DNA of 64,000 nucleotides from Bacilli bacterium (GTDB lineage: Bacteria; Bacillota_I; Bacilli_A; ML615J-28; CAG-698), in NCBI GenBank assembly GCA_050953065.1, contig JBMNLZ010000003.1, positions 256,001-320,000 of the forward strand, read 5' to 3'. Below, in pieces: positions 20,380 through 30,379 of this stretch (within the stretch, counting starts at the first letter, position 1; each line of letters starts with the position of its first letter). The notes below the pieces were generated by a model. That model was not told where the DNA came from and made no database searches. It saw nothing but the letters and a program-made list of their open reading frames with translations. The translations under genes and the position numbers were made by a program.

Positions 20380-21609
20380 TTATTTATCATTTAGTTTATC
20401 AATTTTACGAGCTATTTTTTTAATATCAAATCTTTCAATCTTAACTTTAATTTCAGATATCTTATTTGAAATTATTTTATCAGCTAATCCAACTATCTTA
20501 TATGAAGCCTCATATGCTTTGTTGGCTTCTTTTTTAATATCTTCAACATCTTTTTCTAAAGATGCAAGTGGTTTATCAAGATATGTAGTTTTAAAGTTTT
20601 CAAACTCTTGAATAATACTTTGAGTTTCTTTAAAGTTTTCATCTGCTATTTTTCTTTCAATTAGTAGGTTTTGGTATTTACTAGCCAGTGACTTTATTAA
20701 AGATAAAAAACTTATAAAGTAAGCTGGTCTTACCATATACATGTTTTCATATTCTGCAATCTTTTTAATTGGAGGATCATTTACCATGTCCCATTCTAAC
20801 TCACTAATTAATAAAGCATATTGGCAATTTTTTTTGATTCTATCTTGATCTAACTTTTTATAATGTTCTGAGTTTTTTGTTTTAGTTTTTGTTTCTGGAG
20901 ACTCTGTCTTCATCTCGCAACAAACAGCTAAGATTTTATCTGTTGGATTTTTTTTACTATCTGTATATACTTCAAAGATATAATCTCCTTTAGTAGCTTT
21001 TTCATCAGGAGTATCTCTTATAGCTTTAGTATCTTTATACCATTTACAGTTAGTAAAACCTGATAAAGCGTATGATTCATATTCAGCATTGCACCATTTT
21101 TCAAGTTCTTCACCTAAAACTTTTGTTTGAAGATTAGTTTTAGCTAATCTTAATTGAGCAAGTTCTAAATCTTTTTGAGAAACTTCTTCAGTATGTTGTT
21201 GTTTAAGTTTAGCTAATTCTTTATCTAATTCTAATTTATTAAGATCATCTTTTGATTTTAACTTTTCTTCTAGTAAACGGATTGCTAAATCTTTTTCAGA
21301 AAGAATTTTATCTTGAGAAGATTTTAGATTCTCAATTGCTTTATCTTTTTCTTCTTTTAATAAACTATATTCTTTATTAAGTTTTTTCTCTAGTTCATTT
21401 AATGCATTTTTTGTTTCTAGTTCCTGCTGTTTTCTTTCTTGTGCTAATAATGCATTATATGTTTCATCTTGTTTATTTTTAATTGCTGTAAGAATTGCAG
21501 TATTATCTACTGTTTGAAGTTCTTTTAAATCTATAGTATCTCCAACTTCACCTTTTTCTTCTAATTTTAAGGTAAAGGGATTTACTATACTTACTTTAAT
21601 TTTAGCCAT
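20380..21609 (-). CDS. DUF2130 coiled-coil protein
   Basis: Long coiled coil followed by K.LGEELEKWC, KGDYIF, CEMK and KLDQDRIKKNCQYALLISELE. Confidence 0.8.
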   Translation of the reverse strand: MAKIKVSIVNPFTLKLEEKGEVGDTIDLKELQTVDNTAILTAIKNKQDETYNALLAQERKQQELETKNALNELEKKLNKEYSLLKEEKDKAIENLKSSQDKILSEKDLAIRLLEEKLKSKDDLNKLELDKELAKLKQQHTEEVSQKDLELAQLRLAKTNLQTKVLGEELEKWCNAEYESYALSGFTNCKWYKDTKAIRDTPDEKATKGDYIFEVYTDSKKNPTDKILAVCCEMKTESPETKTKTKNSEHYKKLDQDRIKKNCQYALLISELEWDMVNDPPIKKIAEYENMYMVRPAYFISFLSLIKSLASKYQNLLIERKIADENFKETQSIIQEFENFKTTYLDKPLASLEKDVEDIKKEANKAYEASYKIVGLADKIISNKISEIKVKIERFDIKKIARKIDKLNDK

Positions 21610-21674
21610 ATTATGCTCCTTTTTTAATATTTTAATTAATTAAAATTAAAACTTGTTTTCAAAAAACACACAAT

Positions 21675-22463
21675 CTACTTTTTCTTTGACGTAGTTTTAA
21701 TCATTTTACTTTCATCTAGATTATAAACTGTGTCATCAATAGATATTTTAATTATGATATCTTCTATCAGTTCCCAAGTAGTTTGATTTTTGATATTCGC
21801 AGATTTTTTATTCTCATCAAAATAACTACATTCATCTAATTCTTTTATAAATTGTCTTCTAATTTCTGGTCTTAAATGCAGACTAAAATTTAATAGATTA
21901 GCATGTAACGACGAACGCCTCTCATTATTGATTATACAGTCTTTAAACTTAAGGTAATTTAAAAGAAATCTATTGTGACTGATGGCATTTCTTAATTCAA
22001 GAATTGCCTTAAGATTTAGTGATTCAAAATGCACACAACTAAATAAATTCGACTTATCTTCTTCCTTTAATGATATCACTTGGTCAATAAGTTCGCTAAA
22101 CAAAATATCATCTAGACAACTAGTTAAATTATTTTCTTTTTCTAATTTTTTTGTAATAGGCTTAATCCAATTAACTAATTCTAATTGATCTGAGTATTTA
22201 TTGGCAATATATGCACGTAAATATTCTTCAAATAATCCCATATATTTATAAAGAACTTTTCTTATTCTTTTGTCATATCTATATGCAGATGCAATTTCAG
22301 AATATTTAACTTTACCAGATTTCATACTAGATAAATAATTGAATATAGAAAAATGCAATCCTACTCCTTTAAGTTCACAATAATATTTTGCCTTTTCAAT
22401 CTCTTCTGCTTTTATTTCAATCTCATTTAAAAAATCAGTAAAGGTCATATCTATCAACCTCAC
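21675..22463 (-). CDS. Abi-family (Abi_2/AbiD-F-like) HEPN-type protein
   Basis: YRYDKRIR...FEEYLRAYI N-terminal pattern and an Rx4H motif (LRNAISHN). Confidence 0.65.
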   Translation of the reverse strand: MRLIDMTFTDFLNEIEIKAEEIEKAKYYCELKGVGLHFSIFNYLSSMKSGKVKYSEIASAYRYDKRIRKVLYKYMGLFEEYLRAYIANKYSDQLELVNWIKPITKKLEKENNLTSCLDDILFSELIDQVISLKEEDKSNLFSCVHFESLNLKAILELRNAISHNRFLLNYLKFKDCIINNERRSSLHANLLNFSLHLRPEIRRQFIKELDECSYFDENKKSANIKNQTTWELIEDIIIKISIDDTVYNLDESKMIKTTSKKK

Positions 22464-23074
22464 TTATAAAATTCATTAATAGTTTCTAAAAATATAGAAA
22501 AAGACCTTGTTTGATCATTTCTTCTAAGATGCATATTTTTAAGTTCAAGATATCTTTTTTTAAATAAAAGCCAATATCCTTTTTCTTTAATGACTTTAAA
22601 TTTAAGCATATAATCCTTGGATTGTTTCACCTCATTCCAAATATATCTATTGCTAAACTTATCAAATATCAACTTATAATAATTTCCGTTGTTTCCTTCT
22701 TTTATAATTGCAACATCAAATGAAAAATATAATTTATTATCATATAGTAACTTTGATGTTATTACAGATGTTGAGTCTTGTGCGTATTTAAAACCATATT
22801 CAGAATTTACATTATTAAACGCATTGAGAAATATCTGTTTAATCTTATCTGGACTAGATAGCAAATTTTTTTTATCCTTTTGTAAAAAAATATTGTAATC
22901 TAAATCAAATTCTCCGCTTTCACCGTTTTTAGTCAATAATCTTTTTTCTCCACTACCTATTAACCTAAAGTCAAAAGAAAAATATTCTTTAACTTCATTT
23001 TGAACATTTAATATTATCTCTTCACAAACTTTTGTTAATATTTGTCTTTCATCTTTTTCAATATAAATATACAT
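22460..23074 (-). CDS. Pol-beta superfamily nucleotidyltransferase
   Basis: hGS motif (LIGSG), DLD and a third acidic residue in SFDVAI. GTGA overlap with the Abi gene. Confidence 0.65.
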   Translation of the reverse strand: MYIYIEKDERQILTKVCEEIILNVQNEVKEYFSFDFRLIGSGEKRLLTKNGESGEFDLDYNIFLQKDKKNLLSSPDKIKQIFLNAFNNVNSEYGFKYAQDSTSVITSKLLYDNKLYFSFDVAIIKEGNNGNYYKLIFDKFSNRYIWNEVKQSKDYMLKFKVIKEKGYWLLFKKRYLELKNMHLRRNDQTRSFSIFLETINEFYK

Positions 23075-23617
23075 AAATTTAATCTCCCTCTTTATGTGTT
23101 CAGAAAAAATAAGTTCAATTCAAAATAAATTTTAGTGTTCTATCGTCTCCAAACTAACTTTCTTATGCGTTTTACCGATTTTATAAACTATAAATATACA
23201 CTGATTATATCACATTCGCACAAAAAATTCATCTTATTATTTGAATTACACAAACCATTTTGTTCGCACACACATTCTAGTATACACGAACAAAAAAAAT
23301 AATCGCATTTTTAATATCCCTTGAATTTTCTGGTGAATCAATGTTTTATCTTCAAACAATTCAAGTCCTTAAAAAGAGAGCCTCGTAATATTTTAATTTT
23401 TCAAAAAATAAGTTTTTTTTGGTTTTTATTTTGGGATTATTGAAAATCGTCCCCTACAATTAAATATATAAAAATAAGTTTTGTATTAATATCATTACTC
23501 TTTACTTTTTTTCTTAAGAGATTTCATATCATAATTTATTGTCTCACCCATTTTACATTCTTTAAGGTTATAGAAACACTTCCTTATACTCCAAATGACT
23601 GTTTAATTTTATTAAGT

Positions 23618-23905
23618 TCATCTTCTAAAGAACTTTGTTTTATAAAAATATCTTCCATATTTTTTTAATACTAAGATATATACAATCATCACTATAAACA
23701 AAATAAATCCAAACAAGAACATCGGTTTTACATTCAAATTAATTGTAGTTTTCCCTCCTGTGCTTGCTGTCGCTTTAATTTCATAATATTTTTGTACTCC
23801 ATCTTCTTCACTAAAAGCATCATATTTTCTATCCTTTCCCTCATATTTTTTTAAGCCCAGCGACATCCTAACTAAACTCTCTAAAAATAAGTTAGGTGTA
23901 AGCAC
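23618..23905 (-). pseudogene. Degraded PD-(D/E)xK nuclease / restriction endonuclease-like remnant
   Basis: YDA...YEIKAT motif in a short ORF without a good start. The C-terminal part looks frameshifted. Confidence 0.35.
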
Positions 23906-24087
23906 ATTTTGGCAATGACAAAAATTTTTTATGTTTTAAGCAAAATTTTTCAACATTTTTAAATATTTCAAAGCTGTTTTTTTATCAAACTTTTTCACAA
24001 TTTTCTTCAAATAATTTTCATCAACATAAGTCTTTTTGCTTTAACTATAATTTATTGTTTTTTGTTTTTGTAATTCTCAACTTGAAT

Positions 24088-25590
24088 TTATATTTTATTT
24101 GATAATTTTAAAATATCTAATATCTCTTTCATTAATTTTTCATTATTATAAACTACTATTGCTAGCTTTTCTCTAACTCTAGTAAGTCCTTGATAAAGCA
24201 TTTTCTCATATAAATAATCCGGATTGGGGTGTTTAGTAGATTTCAGTACATTCTTTTCGTAATAATACATTTCACCCATTGTCATTACAACATTATCAAA
24301 CTCTTGTCCAATAACTCTATGAGAATTATTGACCTCATTATACACAATGGAGTTAGTTTTATGATAAGCCGAAGGCGTATAAGCAATATATTTAAAATTA
24401 TAATTTTCTTCTAAGAATTTAACAATTTTGTCAGCTTTTTGAAGTGTTTCTCCATAAAATATATAAATGTTTTTGTAATTATTATATGATGAATCTTTTG
24501 TTTTGTTAAATAATTTTTTAATAAACGATGCTATTTCTTTGTTTGTCCTAATTTTATTTGACAGCTTAAATATCCCATTTGTCCCACAAAGTGCTATAAT
24601 TTTTTCAGAAATTTTTCTATAGTCTTCCGCTTTTGATAACGTTTGTGACTTATCAAACGAAAAAATCGCAAACGCATCAGTTTTATTAATCCAATTAATA
24701 ACTTTTTTTAGCTGATCCAAATAAATTCTATGAGTTTCATCTATTAAAACAGCCTGCCATTCTTTTATTTCTCTATATTTTAAAGATTTTACCTCAACAA
24801 TATCTATATTATTACACGCATTGTTTAAAAAATGCTGCCCCTCATTTAACAACCCACAATGAATTATACCTACTTTAAATAATTTTGATAAGATTATAGC
24901 TAAATCATATAATAACAATGTTTTTCCAGTTCCAGGGTTGCCAGTAATCCCAAAAAATTTTTTATTTTTATCTACCCCTTCTAATATTTTATGTCTTATT
25001 TCATCTTGCTGAACTGTTAAAAAATATTGATGGTCAAGAAATTTTTCTGGTGTATTAAAAGGGGAAATCAAGAAATTTGAAGCTTGAAAAAAATTATTTA
25101 TCTCTATTGAATAATTTGTTATAAATTCATTTAAAACATTTTTTAATTCTTCAAAATTCGCCATTTTTAAAATATCATCTGAATATTTATATAGTTTTTT
25201 CGTATTTTGCACAAAACAAAAAAGATATTTTTTGCCTTTAAAAACATTAAAATATAATAAGTTTTTAGATAACTGTTGTTTAATAGTATCTATAGAAGCA
25301 ATTTTTGACTTAAGTTCAATGTTTAGAATACTATCACCTTTAATTTTTATCAAATCAAACTCTTTGCCTATTTGAGGAATAGAATATGAATAAAAAAAAC
25401 CATCAAAAATTTTTCTTTGTAGATTTAAACATTCCAAAAATGAAATCAAAGATTGAATTTCTTCATCTTTTATTGTTTTATTTGTATCAAAATCACAAAT
25501 ATATTTTATATATTCATCTCTTATTTCAGCATTACTTATTGAAATAACATCACATAAATTTACCGCTCTCAATTTGGCTCCCCCACGCAT
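24088..25590 (-). CDS. DUF2075 (Schlafen group 3-like) helicase with N-terminal nuclease-like domain
   Basis: EFDL...NIELKS (PD-(D/E)xK-like), Walker A GNPGTGKT, DETHR, VIGQEFDNV and YQGLTRVR. Confidence 0.75.
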   Translation of the reverse strand: MRGGAKLRAVNLCDVISISNAEIRDEYIKYICDFDTNKTIKDEEIQSLISFLECLNLQRKIFDGFFYSYSIPQIGKEFDLIKIKGDSILNIELKSKIASIDTIKQQLSKNLLYFNVFKGKKYLFCFVQNTKKLYKYSDDILKMANFEELKNVLNEFITNYSIEINNFFQASNFLISPFNTPEKFLDHQYFLTVQQDEIRHKILEGVDKNKKFFGITGNPGTGKTLLLYDLAIILSKLFKVGIIHCGLLNEGQHFLNNACNNIDIVEVKSLKYREIKEWQAVLIDETHRIYLDQLKKVINWINKTDAFAIFSFDKSQTLSKAEDYRKISEKIIALCGTNGIFKLSNKIRTNKEIASFIKKLFNKTKDSSYNNYKNIYIFYGETLQKADKIVKFLEENYNFKYIAYTPSAYHKTNSIVYNEVNNSHRVIGQEFDNVVMTMGEMYYYEKNVLKSTKHPNPDYLYEKMLYQGLTRVREKLAIVVYNNEKLMKEILDILKLSNKI

Positions 25591-25624
25591 TTAGATTTTT
25601 CATAAGATATGTTTGCTCAATTTT

Positions 25625-28600
25625 CTACATCATAAACTCAGCTTGTTTAATCACAGTTTGAATGGCGTCTTCTGTATATTCTGGTGGATAATTATACTTT
25701 TTCAAAAGTCTTTTTATCTCTCTTCTCATTTTAGCTTGTGTTGATTTTTTCTTTGACCAATCAGTTGTTGCATATTCTTCTACAATATCTTTTAACTCAT
25801 GTGCTATGCATTTTAATGTTTCATCAGTTAACAACTCATAAGCACTCTTATTGTTTATTAAAGCATCATAAAATGCTCGCTCTCTACCTGATAAACCTTT
25901 TGCAAGTGCAGCGTCTTCATCTGCTACAACTTCTTGAGCAAAGTCAATAATTCTAATAATTGTGTCTGTTGTATCAAAGTTATAATCACGATTGTGATAT
26001 TTTTCTAAAATATTTCTTAGTTTTTCGCTATATTGTTGAGCTTTAAATAAATTTGTTTTTCTGCTTTCAGCAATAACTTGTCTTAACAAATTTTCTATTA
26101 TCCTTAAAAAGATATGTGGTGGATTAGATTTTTTAATCTCCTCAATTTTTTCAGGTCTTAATAAATCTATTAAGGAACCTCCTTCTTTCTCACCAATTTT
26201 TGTTAAAACTTTTACTTCATCACCTTTTATTGCATCTGCAACAAGTTCAGCGACTTGCTCGTTAATATCACCAACCCCCATTGGACCTTTACCTACGTCA
26301 AGTTTTAATATATAACTTCTAATTGAAAGATAATATTGTACAATTAAATGGTCTTCTTTTTCTAGCGTGCCTGCACATATAATATAGGCATGCTTTAAAT
26401 CTAAAGATAAACTTAGATAGTCTTTTTTTAAATTTTCATTTCTCAAAATAAAATTAGCACCATCTTGAATAACACTAAATCTTTCTTTAGAAGATTCTGA
26501 ATTAAATTTAGTTATATCGATTTGATAAAACCATTCATTTAAAATTGATAGTTTTTCTTTTAGAATTGTTAGTGCTACATCACGAATGTCCTTTAAGTTT
26601 AATTCTTTATCGCGAGCTGTATATTTATCTAATGCCTCTTCTAATGGTTTTGCTAAGCCAATATAGTCAACAACTAACCCTGATTCTTTGCCAGGGAAAA
26701 CTCTATTAACTCTAGCAATTGCTTGCATTAAATTATGACCTTTCATTTTTTTGAATAAATACATCACATCTAAATCAGGAACATCAAAACCAGTAAGCCA
26801 CATATCAACCACTATTGCAATTTTAATAGAACCATTTTCTAGTTTAAATTCCTTAGCCATATTTTCTCTGTGCAGAGAATTTTTAAATAGTTTTCTAGTT
26901 TCTTCATCATCTTTATTACTCTCAGTAACTACTATAGCCAATATATCCTTATACTCGGGTTTGATTGCTAGCATTTCTTTATAAAGAATAGCAGCAGCTT
27001 TTCTAGTAGGCATTACAATCATTGCTTTACCATTCAAGAATTTTTTTCTTGTTTCATAATGTTTTATAATATCTGTAGCAAGCAATTGTATTAAATCCCT
27101 ATCTTCTAAAATAACTTTAATACTACTCATTCTTCTTTTAGATTCTTCTATAGCTGCATCGCTAACACCTTTTTCTTCTAAACCTTCATAAAAGTCATCT
27201 ATTTTGTTTAATAGTGCATCATCTGTCCATACCCTTGCAAGACGTCCTTCATAAAATATTTTAACAGTTGCTCCATCATTTACTGATTGTGTCATATCAT
27301 ATGTGTCAATAATTTCTCCATATATATCAGCAGTTGATTTGTCAAGCGTAGTAATTGGAGTTCCTGTAAAACCTATAAACGTTGCATTAGGAAGTGACTC
27401 TCTGATATATTTTTCAATACCATAAGAAACAACCATTTCTAATTCTTTTGTTTGTTCATTTTCTTGATAACTAATTTTTTCATATAATCCATAATGACCT
27501 CTATGTGCTTCATCAGCCATCACTATTATATTTGAACGATCATTTATATGAATATTATCTTTATCAAATTTTTGAATAGTTGAAAAGATTATTCCTCCTT
27601 GTTTAGTATATACAAGTTTTTCAAGCAAATCTTCTCTTGAAGTAACTTTAATCGGTGTGCATCTTAAATACGTGCTCGCACTAGAAAACGTATTAAACAA
27701 TTGATCATCTAAATCATTTCTATCTGTCAAAACAATTATAGTTGGATTTACGTATTCTTTACTAGTTATTAGTCTATGGGCTAACATCACCATTGAATAA
27801 CTTTTCCCGCTTCCTTGAGTATGCCACAAAATTCCAGCTTTACCATCACCTTGAGGTTTTAAAGCATATTTAATCCTATCCATAGCTTTTTTAACACCAA
27901 AATACTGATGATATTGAGCCATTATTTTAACATTTTTATTTTTGTCTTTATTGATGAAAAAGATGTTGTTTTTAATAACATCTAATAATCTTTCTTGTTT
28001 TAATAAACCTTCTATTAAAACATTTAACTTATATGCATAGTCATCTTTATATCCTAATTCACCATTAATACTTTTCCATTCATTATATCTATCAAATTTA
28101 GACGTTAAAACGCCAACTTTTGAGTTGGCACCATCACTTATGATATTAAAAGCATTATAATTAAAAAGAGTTGGTATATCATATCTATATCCATCATTTT
28201 CAGAGTTCCCTCCTAATTGATGGTATGCATCTTCTAATAATGTTCCATTTAAACTTTCAAATGATTTTAGTTCCATTACAACTAAAGGAAGTCCATTAAC
28301 AAAAATAATAACATCTGGAATCCTAGCACTTCTATTAGAAAACTCTTTAAATTTAATTTGATTAGCGATCTCAAATTTATTATTACCAATATTTTCAAAA
28401 TCAACTAATTTTATTAAAGGATTAACATCGCTCTCATAATCTTCCACAGTAATCCCATCTATTAAAAAATGATAAAATATTTTATTTCTTTCAAACAACG
28501 ACGGATGATCAATTCGTTTGATAATACGAATTGCTTCTGCTAAGTTCTTTATATTTAATCCTTTATTGATTTTAATTAATTGCTCTAATAATATTTCTTC

Positions 28601-28720
28601 ATTAATAAAGTCGGATAGTTTTCTTTCTTGAACCCATTTATTATTATCACTAATATAAGAATATCCTACATTTATAAGTGATTCAATTATTGTTTTTTCA
28701 ATATCACTCTCATAAAACAT
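25625..28720 (-). CDS. hsdR: Type I restriction endonuclease subunit R
   Basis: PD...NGLPLVVMELK, WHTQGSGKS, DEAHR, FTGTP, DMWLTGFDVP and QAIARVNR. Confidence 0.95.
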   Translation of the reverse strand: MFYESDIEKTIIESLINVGYSYISDNNKWVQERKLSDFINEEILLEQLIKINKGLNIKNLAEAIRIIKRIDHPSLFERNKIFYHFLIDGITVEDYESDVNPLIKLVDFENIGNNKFEIANQIKFKEFSNRSARIPDVIIFVNGLPLVVMELKSFESLNGTLLEDAYHQLGGNSENDGYRYDIPTLFNYNAFNIISDGANSKVGVLTSKFDRYNEWKSINGELGYKDDYAYKLNVLIEGLLKQERLLDVIKNNIFFINKDKNKNVKIMAQYHQYFGVKKAMDRIKYALKPQGDGKAGILWHTQGSGKSYSMVMLAHRLITSKEYVNPTIIVLTDRNDLDDQLFNTFSSASTYLRCTPIKVTSREDLLEKLVYTKQGGIIFSTIQKFDKDNIHINDRSNIIVMADEAHRGHYGLYEKISYQENEQTKELEMVVSYGIEKYIRESLPNATFIGFTGTPITTLDKSTADIYGEIIDTYDMTQSVNDGATVKIFYEGRLARVWTDDALLNKIDDFYEGLEEKGVSDAAIEESKRRMSSIKVILEDRDLIQLLATDIIKHYETRKKFLNGKAMIVMPTRKAAAILYKEMLAIKPEYKDILAIVVTESNKDDEETRKLFKNSLHRENMAKEFKLENGSIKIAIVVDMWLTGFDVPDLDVMYLFKKMKGHNLMQAIARVNRVFPGKESGLVVDYIGLAKPLEEALDKYTARDKELNLKDIRDVALTILKEKLSILNEWFYQIDITKFNSESSKERFSVIQDGANFILRNENLKKDYLSLSLDLKHAYIICAGTLEKEDHLIVQYYLSIRSYILKLDVGKGPMGVGDINEQVAELVADAIKGDEVKVLTKIGEKEGGSLIDLLRPEKIEEIKKSNPPHIFLRIIENLLRQVIAESRKTNLFKAQQYSEKLRNILEKYHNRDYNFDTTDTIIRIIDFAQEVVADEDAALAKGLSGRERAFYDALINNKSAYELLTDETLKCIAHELKDIVEEYATTDWSKKKSTQAKMRREIKRLLKKYNYPPEYTEDAIQTVIKQAEFMM

Positions 28721-28802
28721 AAATAAACTTCGCTCCCTTTTTATAAAATTATATCATAATTAGATGTTCATTACAATTTTTTATTAAACTTTTATAAAGA
28801 AA

Positions 28803-28836
28803 ACATAGTTGACACTATAGGAAGTATTGATGATTT
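28803..28836 (+). repeat. hsdS inversion site A (34 bp)
   Basis: ACATAGTTGACACTATAGGAAGTATTGATGATTT is the exact reverse complement of 31002-31035. Confidence 0.9.
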
Positions 28837-29482
28837 GATAGAAAATTTAAATATTATTAATCATAAAATTTATAATCTAATACAAGGAATTTTTAATAAA
28901 TACACAATAAATCTAGAGAAAATAAGAATTGGAGATTTATCAGGATATTCAATAATCAAATCTGGAATTGATGATTTTGATGGTAAAAAAATATATTTAG
29001 ATACCGCCTCAGTTAATAATGACAAAATTGAATCAACTGATTATATTATAACTATTAATGATAGACCATCCAGAGCAAACATGCAACCAATACCAAATTC
29101 TATTTGGTTCGCAAAATTAAAAGACAGTCCAAAATTTATATATGTTAGAGAGTTTATGAGAGACATATTAGAAAATTATATTTTTTCTACAGGCTTTATG
29201 GGATTAATTTGCGAAAATTCTTATTTTTCTAATTATATGTATTCATTAGTAACCAGTAAACAATTTGATGTAAATAAAAACACACTATCTATAGGTGCAA
29301 CTATGCAAGGAATTAACAATGATTCATTTAAAGAAATATTGGTCCCTAATACAAATCAAGAATTAATGTGCATTATAGGGAAAGAACTTGAACCAAAAAT
29401 TCAATTAATATATTATAATAAGAAAAAAATCGAAAAATTAACTTTTTTAAAAAATAATTACTTAAAAAAGTTCTTTGGATAA
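28835..29482 (+). CDS. hsdS: Silent C-terminal hsdS half (alternative TRD2)
   Basis: Begins at the conserved central linker (HIVDTIGSIDDLIE), has one TRD and ends KKFFG like the full hsdS. Opposite orientation to the operon. Confidence 0.85.
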   Translation: MIENLNIINHKIYNLIQGIFNKYTINLEKIRIGDLSGYSIIKSGIDDFDGKKIYLDTASVNNDKIESTDYIITINDRPSRANMQPIPNSIWFAKLKDSPKFIYVREFMRDILENYIFSTGFMGLICENSYFSNYMYSLVTSKQFDVNKNTLSIGATMQGINNDSFKEILVPNTNQELMCIIGKELEPKIQLIYYNKKKIEKLTFLKNNYLKKFFG

Positions 29483-29555
29483 TAACACCAAAGAACTTTT
29501 TTTGTTAATTTTTTGCTAATATAATATATAAATACTATAGGGGGTATATTTATAT

Positions 29556-30359
29556 ATGATTAACAAATTTAGAGATTGGTTAAAAAAACAAAACTTGTCA
29601 GCAAATACGATAGACTCATATATTTGCTCAGTAAATCGTTTTTTTTCTTTTAGTAAAAAAATAACAAAGGATAAACTTTCTACATATAAACTGTTTTTAG
29701 TAGAAAATTATAAGGCTAAAACTGTAAATTTAAGAATCCAAGGTATAAATAAGTATCTTGATTTCATAGGAAAAAGCACATTTAAAATTAATTTAATAAA
29801 GATTCAACAAAAATCATTATTAGAAAATGTCATCAGTAATGCCGATTATTATTTTTTATGTAATCAATTAAAAAAGGATAAAAACATTGAATGGTATTTT
29901 GTAGTAAGATTTTTAGGAGCAACAGGATGCCGAGTTAGTGAACTAGTTGAAATAAAAGCAGAACATATAAAATTAGGTCATATTGACATATATTCAAAGG
30001 GTGGAAAGATGAGAAGATTATATATTCCTAAAATATTACAACTAGAAGCTATTGAATGGCTACAAGCTAAAGCTAAATTTACAGGCTATGTTTTTTGCAA
30101 TAGAAGAGGAACTAAACTAACAACAAGAGGTATATCACATCAATTAAAAAAACTGGCAAAGGATTATAAAATGAATGCTGATGTTGTTTATCCGCATTCA
30201 TTTAGACATAGGTTTGCAAAAAACTTCATAGAGAAATGCAATGATATTGCTTTGCTTGCCGATCTTATGGGACATGACTCTATTGAAACAACAAGAATAT
30301 ATTTAAGAAGGACTAGCGAAGAGCAACGAGAGATTGTTGATAAAATTGTTACTTGGTAA
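29556..30359 (+). CDS. Tyrosine recombinase/invertase of the hsdS shufflon
   Basis: TGCRVSE, KGGK.R, HSFRH and LMGHDSIETTRIY catalytic residues. Lies between inverted hsdS repeats. Confidence 0.9.
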   Translation: MINKFRDWLKKQNLSANTIDSYICSVNRFFSFSKKITKDKLSTYKLFLVENYKAKTVNLRIQGINKYLDFIGKSTFKINLIKIQQKSLLENVISNADYYFLCNQLKKDKNIEWYFVVRFLGATGCRVSELVEIKAEHIKLGHIDIYSKGGKMRRLYIPKILQLEAIEWLQAKAKFTGYVFCNRRGTKLTTRGISHQLKKLAKDYKMNADVVYPHSFRHRFAKNFIEKCNDIALLADLMGHDSIETTRIYLRRTSEEQREIVDKIVTW

Positions 30360-30379
30360 AAAATATTAGTTCTTTCAAA

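Noticed and set aside
22460-23074. Canonical CBASS
   Set aside because: The NTase is short for a CD-NTase, and no Cap2/3, SAVED, patatin or TM effector is adjacent.
29556-30359. Prophage or ICE integrase
   Set aside because: It is short, lacks an arm-binding domain and sits between inverted hsdS repeats, so it is better explained as the shufflon invertase.
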